Of a stretch of 64,000 bases of DNA, positions 25,731 to 39,100 are shown one piece after another; the stretch's first letter is position 1, and each line of letters begins with the position of its first letter. The stretch spans positions 36,272,001 through 36,336,000 of the forward strand of contig NC_087251.1 of assembly GCF_037042905.1 (NCBI RefSeq). Direction: 5' to 3'. The translations under genes were made by a program, and so were the position numbers. The DNA comes from Lytechinus pictus. Lineage: Eukaryota. The notes below the pieces were generated by a model, which made no database searches, was not told where the DNA came from, and worked only from the letters and a program-made list of their open reading frames with translations.

Positions 25731-25827
25731 TATAAACTCTGGGCCATGTCTCAAAGTAGGTAATTTAGCACCATACCTTCGATTTGGAGCCTGATTTTAG
25801 AGGTTAAAAATTTTGGGAACGTGCTTG

Positions 25828-26059
25828 CACTGCAAAAACTCCGGTGTTGATTTAACACCAGCCCGGAATCCACACCAGAGAAGTATTGAAACAACACCCG
25901 TTTGGAATCAAACCGATGCTGTTTAAATACTAATTGGTGTTGTATAAACACCTATCTGGTGTTAGACCAAAACGAAAGTGGTGTTGTTTAACACTTCTCT
26001 GGTGTGGACATATATAGATTCCGGGCTGGTGTTAAATCAACACTGGAGTTTTTGCAGTG
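25828..26059. mobile_element. CACTA/EnSpm-like MITE; same family at 34453-35070
   Basis: ~43-bp TIR cactgcaaaaactccggtgttgatttaacaccagcccggaatc with 2-bp TSD TG. Confidence 0.8.
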
Positions 26060-27824
26060 TGTGTTTGGAACGCCCCTCGAAGAGATAGTCGGTGTCACAC
26101 TTTCGTCCCCAGTTACAAGGCGATTGCGCGCACACACACGGAACTTGAGAAAGACACACAAGAAAACAAATGCATTAAATGCACAAAATACTATTCGGAA
26201 CGATTTCATTTATTAACTATTTATTCCATCTACAACTAATGGTGATCATTATTTCATTATTCTGATGATTTTAAATTCATTAAACTTCTTCTATAGATCT
26301 ATTAATTTGGAACTAAGGGGGGAGATGAATGTATACCGTACGGTAGAGCAGGACTAGATTTTTTTTTTTGGGGGGGGCGGGGTAGAAGTTCTGCTACGAC
26401 AAATTTCACCCTCTCTGCGAGGCCTGACGAATAGAGTTTATACATACGATCGATTGAAATAGGCTAATCTGAGAAAAGAAAAACACCACTTTCGTGCATG
26501 GGATATGAAAGCCGAGAGATCATTACGACAGGCAATATAGGTATTGAGAGAATACGTGACGTTATAACCTCAAATCGTCTCTTTACCCTTGATTATTTTT
26601 TTCCATTGTGAGTTTTATGATTAGATTAATAAATATTTTTCATGAGGATACAAGTATCATCTTTTCACCATGCAAAAAATTCATGTCATTTAAGAAATTT
26701 ATATTTATTTTCTTTAACTAAAACATTTTTAGAAATTAGATGATAAAAGGATATGAATCTGATAAAAGAATCCTACCAAAAATTATTCGCAGCATGATTT
26801 CTGACGGCTTGGGTATTTATGGAAGACTTAACTCTGAGTCCTTATTCGTCTTTCCTCCATGTTACATCATTTAGACTAATACTAGGCCTATATATGCTCA
26901 ATAAAATATCATATTTCTTTGTCAACTAATCACCGGTCTTTTACGAAGAATTCATGTAAGTCAGTGATATTTTGGGGTGAGTAGATCATTCAGGATCAAC
27001 TTGGTACCCCCTACAGCCACGCATCGGGTAAACCGACCCCACACCGACAAACGTTATATTATCAGTAAGTGATTCTATTATATATTACAGAACGCGTAAA
27101 CTTACGCATCAGAAAATAATTTCAATACGCTTAAAACTATGCAAGATCCTTCCAAATGGAATTTGAATAGGATGGTGATGAAAAATGACCAAAACATAAT
27201 TTGAAAGCAGAACAAAATGTGGTCGAAATACCTAATCAGCGATTTAATGAATTTTTCCGAATTTTCCTACAGGAAATACACGTTCGGTAATACGATATCA
27301 TTTCCAAGCGACCAAAACATTTCACATGTGAAGAGGGGTGCGTTCGGAAACTGATATCTTAACAGAATGAAAACGACATCTGCACAAAATTTCACATTTT
27401 TTTTCATAGGTATTGGGGTATTCATGGTGGAATAAGTTTGATGAATTTCACTTCGTTTGATATGATTGAATTAATATAAGGTGTTCGGTAATACGATCCA
27501 CCGATCCATGCTGGTAAGAACACGGTGTGATCACAGTATATTCACATAGTCCACTATGTAAAAAATATTATTCACACTGTTCAAATGCTCAAATTAAACA
27601 GTGAAGAAATATTTTCACGCTGCGGACAGCTCAACAGTGTGACTGTACACAGCGTGATGACATTTTTTTTCATGGTCCACTACGTGAATATGCTCAATTT
27701 AACAGTGTGAAGGTGATTTCACATTGTGTTCCACAGTGTGGGACACTGTGTTATTTCCAGTAGAGATGTCGATCGGTTTGGTATCGGTTTCTTCGATGAG
27801 ACTGTAGCGTTGTTGGCCTTCCGA

Positions 27825-30800
27825 CTATATTATGGCTTTGTAAGATAATTGGAAGCCCCTAAACTGGATGGATTCATCGCTCTCGAAGGTCAACTTCATT
27901 CGGTTGGACCGGGATATGTAGGGGCCTAAATTAGTTCCAGATCCACAAAGTCTGAAATAAAGAAAGATGGATATAGTGGCAATAGCAGTGATGATGATTA
28001 AAGTGAAAATAACTATAACAACAATAATGAGAGTGATATAATAGTAAAAATAGTAATAGTACTAATGATGAGAATATTGATAATCATGATAATGGTGATG
28101 ATGATGTTGATGATAATGATAATACTAGTAATACTATACCACTACTTCTACTACTAATATAAAATCATTCTTAGTAATGATAAGAGTATAGGCCTAATAA
28201 TAATAATAATAATAATAACAATTATTATAATAATTATAATCTGAATAATAGAAATAGTAATAATCTTTATAATAATAATTTCAACAACAATAATAGCAAT
28301 GATAATGATATATGGTGACGATAACCATTGTTTAGCACAAGAGCAAAAGGTGTTTCCCATAAACTATGTCAGATTGCCATTCCATTAATAAGAAATCTCC
28401 CATGCAGTGATAACAACTTATGACAATTCAAAACTTCCTCATTTTTGTCTTACTTTACTTTATTTTTTCCTGTAATTTTGTCGGCTCCTTTTATATTCAG
28501 AACGATTTGCCTGATAGACATATTTACCGTATTGGGTCAAACCCACTTTCGATGATTAAGACGTCGTAGCGGCAATTGTAACTTGACTCAATCTGCATAT
28601 CGTGGATAAATACATATATCCGCTGGCCTTCTTGGGTTTCCAAATTGTACACATTTCTCCTCAACGATGGGTAAGGATTCGGGTAGTTCGGTGATTGAAT
28701 TGTAGTCATAGGTGCTGACAGAATGACAAAAGTAAAAAAAAAAAAATGTGACTAATAAACCTAAGCCTATCAATGCAGTAGTATTTTTTTTACTTTTTGT
28801 TTCCGTGTATAGCCAGTTGTATGTCGATGTGTTTAGCTTGCTCGGACAAGAAGGCAATTTGTGGATCTTTTGCGATCAATAGGCCCTATTTCATAAATGA
28901 TTTGAACGTATTGTGAGACAATACAACTATCACAATTATTTTTACTATTTGATGCATGAACGTTGAGTAAACTCTAATAAAATATTCTTCGGGGGCATTT
29001 TTAGTACATTTTCTTACATTGTAAAACATGCATTATTGAAATAGACGGTGAACGTAAGTATTTTGAGCTAAATTATGCAAAGTCTTACAAAAATAGTTAT
29101 GAGGAAAACATGTCAAAATTTAGCTTGTTGAATATAAAAATTTAACAATTCTACTATCATTTGCAACAACCACATTTATATCGTTCAACGCACAAACCAT
29201 GGGGGTGGGATGGAGGCCGGAGGGTGGGTATACTGTTCCAATATATCCTACAAGTGATAAAAAAGTATTCATTCCTCGATCCAATACCTTAAACAAAAAA
29301 ATTTATTGATTTTTTTCTACTCTAAATAATGCCTCTAATTCTCATTACAGATGTAAAAATTATACGCTCTTTCCCGATTTTGGCAATTTTAGAGCCATTT
29401 ACATTGTACAGTATTCAGTAACATGTACATGTAAAGATTCATTATTTTTGTTCCCAAGGAAAGAATCTGTTTTAAAAAAATGTGAATGAGGTTTTATGAT
29501 TATAGGTTTTTTTTATTTGGATGGATTTGGCATTAACAATACACCTGTCTTTAAAAGGTCAATATACGACCAAGAAACTTGGCATACCTTCAGTTGTGGT
29601 TGTCACAACAGGTGCTTGTGTCGGTGCCGCAGTAGTTACGACCGGTGCTGCGGTTGGTGCCGCGGTAGTTACGACCGGTGCTGCGGTTGGCACCGCGGTA
29701 GTTACGACCGGTGCTGCGGTTGGCGCCGCGGTAGTTACGACCGGTGCTTCGGTTGGCGCCGCGGTAGTTACGACCGGTGCTTCGGTTGGTGCAATGGTTG
29801 TCACAACTGGTGCTTCGGTTGGTGCTGCGGTAGTTACGGCCAGTGCTTCGGAGGTTGTAAGTGGTTTATCAATGGTGAAGTGAGCTTTGAATCCTCTTCC
29901 AGTAAAAGATTCGTCGGAGGAGAACCATATCATCATATCATCCGTCGCAGTTATCGGGCTTTGTACAGAATTTCCACAATACTTTACACCACCGTATCGA
30001 AGGTCATCAGTGTTAACCTGGACGTAGTCCCAGCATTTGCCGTTGCTTTGACTTTCCAAGTCAAAATCATCAAACCACAGTGTTATCGTAGATCCAGGTT
30101 GGCCCTTTGAAAGAAGAAGCAGGGATAGTTTACAATACAAATATCATTAGACCAATATAAAATACTGCTTCTTTTATATTCTTTAAGACACGCAATGGCA
30201 CATGCACTTTTCATTTTGATCCGTTTACTAAGCTCATTATACGTTTTTGTCGAGTCCGCTTTTTTTTTAAATTCCACTTCTTCTTTTCCATAATATCTTA
30301 TGGTATTCTATTGCTTTCGATTCATATTTCACTTTTAATGCTATCATCACACTCTGTTATTTCCTGTTGCTTTCAGCTTTGTGCAATTGCTTCATTTTAA
30401 CTCGTGTAATATAATGGATATAGTAAAATAACTTGAAGGCCATCAGTTGGGTACCGAAAGATTGTAAGAAAGTGTGATTTGGCGTAATCTTGTATGCTAA
30501 AAATTGAATGTTATGTAAAAAATAAAATCATAGATAAAACAAGTGGAGCGTCTCTGGCAGTCTCACCTGCATCACGCGATTCACAAAAAACACCATTCAT
30601 ATATGATACAATACTACGTTCATTGATATTTGACCTTGATCATGTGACCTAAAACTTGTCAGTGATACTTGATTACCACTGTATCCACTTTTTATACACT
30701 ATATCTATAAATTTTGAAAGTTATGACAGCAATCTAATAATTACCTCCGAAATGGCCACAGTTCATTGACCTTAAATGACCCTTGACTTTGGTCATGTTA

Positions 30801-33073
30801 CCTGAAACTCGCATTAAATGTTCAGTGATATACTTGATTACACTTATGTTCAAGTTTTATGAACTAGATCCATAGACTTTCGGAGTTATGATGGTTATTC
30901 AACAATTCCCCCAAACATGGCCAAAGTTCATCGACCTTTGAACTCGGTCATGTGACTTGAAACTCGCACAGAATGTTCAGTAATACTTGATTACTCTTAT
31001 GTCCAAGTTTTATGAACTAGACCAATACACTTACAGAGTTATGATGGTAATTCAACAAATACCCCAACATTGCCAAAGTTCATTGACCTTAAATGAACTT
31101 CGACCTAGGTCATGTGACCTGAAATTTGCACAGGATATTCAGTGATACTTGATTACTTTTACATCCAAGTTTTATGAATCAGATTCATAAACTTTCAAAT
31201 TTATAGTTATTCAACATATACCCCCATCATGGCCAAAGTTCATTGACCTTTGACCTTAGTCATTTTACCTGAAACTCGCACAGGATGTTCAATGATACTT
31301 GATTACTCTTGTGTCCAAGTTTTATGAACTAGACCAATACACTTACAGAGTTATGATGGCAATAAAACAACTTGGACAAAGGTCATTGATCCTAAATGAC
31401 ATTTGACCTTGGTCATGTGACTTGAAACTCAAGCAGGATGTTCAATAATACTTGATTACCCTTATGGCCAAGTTTCATGAACTAGGTCCAATGTAATTTA
31501 TGCATAAGTTATGCTGTCATTTCAAAAACTTAATCTTCGGTTAAGATTTGATGTTGAAAAGCGGCGCCTATAGACTCTCTCTGCTATGCAGGCGGGTGTT
31601 TCATAAAGCTGTTCGTAAGATACGAATGAATTTACGCACGACTGGTGATCCTTTCTTGTGCTAAATGATATTCCTGTATAATTAATTTATGACCTAAGAA
31701 TATGTTCCAGTCGTGCGTAAAGTTGTGCGTAACTTTACGAACAGCTTTATGAAACACCCACCAGCTGAGACAAAAACGAGAATAACTCTCAAATAATGAA
31801 AGGAAAAGACACAATCTTCGTCAGTGCCAATGGTGCTACAAAATTAAAGCGAATTTAAAACCCGTTTCTGTTCCGATTAACCATTAATGAAAGGAAAAGA
31901 CACAATCTTCGTCAGTGCCAATGGTGCTACAAAATTAAAGAGAATTTAAAACCCGGTTCTGTTCCGATTAACCAATTTTCGACAAAGACCTCCCAGTTGT
32001 TCTTTGTCATTTGACGGACAATTTCAATACATAAAATGTGTTCTAAAATTCGTTCTGCGTGGCGGTGTGGATATATACTCGCTGATAATAAAGTTACATT
32101 GCACAAAAGCTAGGCGTATGAATTGAACTTACCTGAATATAAATCATGCAGTAAGAGTTAATGAGGTACTGTCCCGATTCGTAGTTAGGGGACGTAATCA
32201 CCCCCGATGCCTCAGTTCTTGTGATCTCGGTCACTTGAAGAGAAAGACAGGGAACGTATATGAATCACACCCATCCGAAAGACGGCATTGGCATCAATCT
32301 TTGTTACGTTTGTTGTTGGTTTGACATTATTTTTCTGATTCATTTTCAGGAAATCTTATACATTTATGATAGATCAAACAAGGGAGTCTCGTGAAGCACC
32401 TTTTCAAGTGATTTCCATTGACGATGAGATGTAATGAATCCAAAACGACAAAATAGTGAAAGTCGCCGGTAGGCCTCTATTATCATGAAATGCTCCCCAC
32501 CTCTCGATGTATCCTAACCACATATGGATTGAATCCGTATACTACTCTTTTTGATTTTGTCACCCGTTCTGGTCTTACTACCATCCGTTTCCAACCTGCT
32601 AATAATGATTATCGTAACTGTAAATTTTGTACGTAGAAATTTGTATGTTTCATTGCTTATATATCTGTATTATAATACGAAAAAAGGAGTAAATGTTGGA
32701 AATGGAAATAAGTGATTAAAAAAAATGGATATAGCAATAAGCGCTCTTTTGAGGCCTTTGTAAAAACTTAAAAGTACTCCAAAAGGTCAAGGAAGCATAG
32801 AGATCCACACTTTTTTCTTGGGTTTAGACCAACTCGTCCCCGCCAAAAAATTAGGTTCCCAATCGTATAACCTAACCCTAACCTAAACCTAGCCCTAACC
32901 CTTTTACTAGTATTATTTTCTTGTATTGTGTAACGCGCTTGACAATTTTTTCGTCCATGTTGGCTTTGTGTTCAAGTTCAAGTTTAAGTTTTAAAGAACA
33001 GACAGACATCAATCTAATGCACTTCTTAAAGTCATTTCTATTAAAACATAATGCAAAGTAATATAAATCAGAT

Positions 33074-33112
<39 letters not shown>

Positions 33113-36100
33113 TACCAGTCAAAAGTTTGGGTACACCAGTAATCAGAACTGATTTTTAACAAACATTTACAATTTATTCATTTATACTCTTCAAACACAG
33201 TGACAATTTAGTATCAAAATAAAGGGTAATTATCAGACTTCACATTGACTTTATTTTGAAGGTGAACAATCGTTTAAGAAAGCACTCAGGCGTGTCCAAA
33301 GAGAGATGAGACCAGACATAGAGTAAAAGCACAGAACCTTGTAAACAAAAAAAATGCTATTTCTGTTTCTGCAATATCTGACTTTCTTGACAAGTTCCAA
33401 TGATACATCTTTCTTAAATCTTTGATTCCTCATGAAGCCACCTCTGGCTACTATGATGACATGGAAAACACGTGGTATTCAGTTGAGTAGTTTCTTGAGG
33501 TCTGGTCTAATCTCGTTTTCAATTACCACAATTGTTTTCTCTTTTATTACTTTGTATTCACAGAAAAAAATATGCTTAACTTCAGGATCAGTTTGAATGG
33601 TATATTTGAATTATTGAAGATAAAATGTAAGAAGAAATTTTTTTTTGAAATATAAAAATCCTCAATTATTTCACCACTAGGGTACCTTAGTTTGCTTCAG
33701 AAGTGATGTTTGTTGTTTACTGATCAATTAATATTCAAAGATTATTCACTAAAAACCAATAAAATATTATGAAACGCACAGAGTCAACTCTAAAAACACA
33801 AAATGACAAACATCCTCATTTGACTTAAATAAACAGTTTGAGAGAGAGGGGTCTCTGGACACGCCTGAGTGCTTTCTGAAACGATATTTCATCTACAAAA
33901 TGAAACCAGTTTGAAGCAATAATTATCCTTTAATTTGATACTAAGTTGTCACTGTGTTTGAAGAGCATAAGTGAATGAATTGTAAAAAAAAATCAGTTAT
34001 AATTACAGGTGTACCCAAACTTTTGACTGGTACTGGATAATATATATATATATAGATATATATTTATTTATTTATTCATTTATGTATTTATTTATTTATT
34101 TATGAGCACTCACCGACTTTATCGACATTAGAGCTCTCTGTGCAGAGAGATCCTGTCCAATCAGGGGGACATTGACACGTGCATGTTTTGTCCACAAAGC
34201 CTCCATTTGCGCAGTTAAGAAGTGGACTAGGACATCTCGAATTGCAGTTGTATATGTAATTCGCAAGTTTGACATCGTAGAAACTGAGCTCCGACCTTTG
34301 GCCGATGTACTGCATGTCGAAAGGTCGTTTCGTCAGCAAAGTCGGCACAGCGTCATCGATGGCGAATCCCTGCATACCCAAGATTGAACAGTTATCCAAT
34401 AAGTCGACAACTCATAAATTGATCAAACCATAATTATAGATACATGTATATACACTGCAAAACACCTGTGTTGATTTAAAACCAGCCCGGTATCTATATC
34501 GGAAAACACCGGAGAAGCGTTGAAACAACACCAGTTAAGAATCAAACCGATATTGGTTTATAACACTAAGCGGTGTTGCTTAAATGCCATATTAGCACTG
34601 GAGGGGCACATCATTGTTCACAAACAATACAGTGCCCCTCCAATCATTGTCTCCTCCGGTTCACGGTCCGCCAATGGGTGTTTACTTGTTTCAACACCTC
34701 TCTGGTGTGGTCCGATATAGATACCTGGGGCCGATTGCACGAAAGGGTCTTTCCAAGGACAGTCTTTCGTGTCGCCCATCTTTGATGATGCGCTGTATGC
34801 GGGATATTTCTGAAATGTATGATAAACAAATAAAATTTGTTAGCTAGCATTTAAATCAATTCGTATACAATTTCATGATATATCACATCATTTTATAAAC
34901 AAAGATTTTGTTTACTTTAACAGATGAATAAAATATGTTTGCAGGTAATTTATTTGAAATGCGTTTCACATGGCGCATCATAATAAATGGGCGACATGAA
35001 AGACGGCTCCTGCAAAGACCCTTTCGTGCAATCGGCCCTAGACTGGTATTACACCGGCGTTTTTGCAGTGTAGGCTTAATCATTTCATTTCGTTGGGCTT
35101 CATTACACCGGAATAATTGAATATCCGAACAATGTAAACATTGCTCAAATTATTATAGGCGTCTTTACTTAGGTGCATGTGGCACAATTTCATTTGCTTG
35201 GGCGTCTTTACTTGGGTGTACGTGGAAACCTATAAATTGATCAGACTATATAGGCTCATTCCTTTCATTTGTTTGAGCATCCATACTTGGTGTAAGTGGA
35301 ATTTGAGCATTCTTACTTGGGTGTAAGCGGAAACCTTTACATTATTAATCATCAATCGTATCATTTGGTTTACATCCTTGCATAAGATGTAGCAGAAATT
35401 GCCAGCAATAAAAACAAATCTGATTTTTGTTTACATATACGATACAAACGATAAATAAATCGATCCTTAGCATACCAAATTCTCCTTTTAATTTAATACC
35501 CCCTCTGTTCTTTATTAAAAAAATAATTGTACTAAAATTTATTTCGGTCATACCACACCTTTATTGCTAAAGGCAGCATTGAATATTTGCAAATTAAGTC
35601 CGGACTCGAATACACTATACATAGGCGGATCCAGGTGGGGGCCCGAGGGGCCCGGGTCCACCCTATTGGCGGAGCAAAAAAAGAAAAAAAAGGGAAAGAA
35701 AGAAAAAAGGAAGGAAAAGAAAAGAGAAAAAGAAGAGGAGGAAGACGAGTGAATAAAATAAGATGAGAGGAAGACTTGGAAAAAAAATATTTCATGTCAC
35801 TATATAAAATTTTTCGCTCGCGCTTCGCGCTCGCATTGCCTGTTAAGTGATTTACATATCTTGTTCAACATGGAGCTTAAACATCAAGTTTGGAAGTCAA
35901 TATACAAAACATATTTCTCCTCGGAAATCGAACTTTCATTAATTTGTGTGATTTGCAAATTGATTTTTAAAAAGTGCTCTGTAAAAATGTCAGTTTATTC
36001 CATATTATTCCATAAAGTTTTAAAAATATCCCTTTTCAGGTCTGATTGTCAAAACGTATCAGCTAGCGCTGCCATGCTTGCATTTTGATTGGTGGGTTAT

Positions 36101-39100
36101 GTATGTCTCAATATTGATTATATAACAAACTACTTAAAATCCCCTTTTCATGACAGTTTATCAAAAATTTCGGCTCGCGATTTGCGCTCGCATTAATGGT
36201 TAAAAATATATCAACTGATTACTGATGCATCCTATTCATAATAAAACAAGTGGAATGCCTCTGGCCGTCTCACCTGCATCACGCGATTCAATATAGCAGC
36301 AGTGCTGATTTTGAAAACTACTATAACTCGCACAAGATGTTCAGTGATACTTGGTTACTCGTATTTCCACGTTTTATGAATTAGACCAATACACTTATAG
36401 AGATATGATGGCAATTCAACAAATACCCCCAACGTGGCCAAAGTTCTTTGACCTTACATGACCTTTGACCTTGATCATGTGACCTGAAACTCGCACAGGA
36501 TGTTCAGTGATACTTGATTACTCTTATGTCCAAGTTTTATGAACTAGACCAACACACTTTCAAATTTATGGCTGTAATTCAACAAATACCCCAATTTGGC
36601 CAAAGTTCATTGACCCTAAATGACCTTTGACCTTGATCATGTGACCTGAAACTTGCACAGGATGTTCAGTAATACTTGATTACTATTATGTCCAAGTTTC
36701 ATTAATCAGATCCATAAACTTTCAAAGTTATGATGGTAATTCAACAGATACCCCCAATTCGGCCAAAGTTCATTGACCCTAAATGACCTTTGACCTTGGT
36801 CATGTGTCGTGAAACTCATGCAGGATGTTCAGTGATACTTGATTAACCTTATGTATAAGTTTCATGAACTAGGTCCATATATTTTCTAATTTATGATGAC
36901 ATTTCAAAAACTTAACCTTAGGTTTAGATTTTGATGTTGATTCCCCCAACATGGTCTAAGTTCATTGACCCTAAATGACCTTTGACCTTGGTCATGTGAC
37001 ATGAAACTCAGGCAGGATGTTCAGTAATACTTGATTAACCTTATGGCCAAGTTTCATGAACTAGGTCCATATACTTTCTAAGTTATGCTGTCATTTCAAA
37101 AACTTAACCTCAGGTTAAGATTTGGTGTTGACGCCGCCGCCGCCGTCGCCGCCGCCGTCGCCGTCGGAAAAGCGGCGCCTATAGTCTCACTCTGCTATGC
37201 AGGTGAGACAAAAAAGTACTTGAAATGTACAGTGTTCAGGACATAATATCATCAGATTCTGCGCCCTCATTATGCATTAATAAATAAGATATCAATTTAA
37301 TAATTAAATTGTCCCTTTTGTTTAATCTCGCGCTTAGCAAGATGAATAGGAAGATATATAGTCATCATATTCATATAATGACATGTCCTAAGGATGTCAC
37401 GGTCCTATGTCTCAAACTCAAAGTGATAATGAAAAATATCAGCTCTTTATCAAGTGCGATTTATATCCACCTTACAATTTTCCTACAGTGTTTGAAATAT
37501 GAAGCTGAAATTGACCCCCCTTTTCAGATCGGAATATCAAATTTTTTAATGATAAAAGATGTATTTAGAATGTCTAGATTCTAGGTCTAAATCTGAAACA
37601 CGCGCGCACATGTTCATTCAGTTATCCAGTTTCAGATCACAATATCAAAAATGTTCTGCTCGCCCTTTGTGCTCGAATTATTAATGTAGGAATATTCCCC
37701 CTTTCTCATCCCTTTCATGATTTACAAAACATGAATAGAGTGTCCTGTTCTAGGTCTAAATCTCGAATTTTTCCGCTTGCGCTTCGTGCTCGCAATATTT
37801 GATTGTTGAAATATGTAACGTCTTCATGGCTAAGTGCAAGCAGTCCTTAAAAGGCACTTTTCGATCAGTTCAAAAACGTATACAAACATTTTCTGCTCGC
37901 GCTTTGCGCTCGCATTATTAATGTAGGAAGATCCCTTCTTACTCATTCTTTTCATGATTTACAAAACATAAATAGAGTGTCCTGTTGTAGGTCTAAAACT
38001 ATAATTTTTCCGCTCGCGCTTCGCGCTCGCATCAATTGTTTAGTTATATTGCTATCCTGTTCATGATTACAGAAATTGATTAAAATTTTCCATTCTTTAT
38101 GTAGAAATTTCAAAATTTTTCAGCTCGCGCTTCGCGCTTGCATTATTTGATTGTTAAAATATGCAACGTCTTCATGGCTAAATGCAAGAAGCTTTAAAGT
38201 GATTGGTTAACATTGGTTTGACTTTTAAAAAATCTGAGCTAGAAGGTTACACTTGTCACCTGTGTGTGTGATATGTTACAAAAATGAAGCCCAGAAAAAT
38301 TACGTTCGAAAATAATTATTTAGTGCTTCAAAAATTGAAATATAAAGTGACCGAAAACACCATCTTAATTTCATCCCATACACTTATGTGTACTATTTAG
38401 GCGTCTATAAGACGCCTTTTTACAAAATCGGGGTTTGTCTTGTAGTTTTAGCTTTTCATTCTCAATAATGGTTGTTTTCAGGGTTTATTAGTTCTAATAC
38501 ATGCACTTGTACACATGTTTCATCTTGGTTTGAGAATTTTTTAAATCGGCTGCTCACAAATTTAAACAGTACCTTTAACAGGTAGGCCTACCTTTCCGAT
38601 CAGTTCAAAACGTGTATCAAAAATTTCTGTTCGCGTTTGTAGTAATTATTGCCGGCACATCTTTTTTTTTCAGAATGTTCAAACTTTAGGAAAAAATACA
38701 TACAATTTATAAAAAAAATTGCTCGGGCTTCGCGCTCGCATTATGAAATAAGGATTATGATATTATATATTTATGTTGATTTAAAGAATACAGCTAAGAA
38801 GTGACTTATAGGACTACCCCCTTCATAGAAACAAACAAAAAATCATCTTCGAGCGGCCGATCGGGGACAATATGGCTGAAAAAAATTCTGGACCCCCCCC
38901 TATTGACGAAGGCTGGATCCGCCCCTGCTATAATATGTAATATTGCATAATTTTGATGTTGGTTTACTCACATGGGATCCGTAATGCATGACGGACGTGA
39001 CATCATATTCCACTACATCGCTACTCATAACTTCGTCGAGAGTATACTTGTCAAAGTTGTGTTTCTGTGAAGTTTGGATGTTGCTCCATAAGACATCGAC

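Noticed and set aside
29496..30110. Plus-strand ORFs of 204 aa (Cys/Gly/Arg repeats) and 120 aa
   Set aside because: They are antisense shadows of the Thr-rich coding repeat in astacin exon 8.
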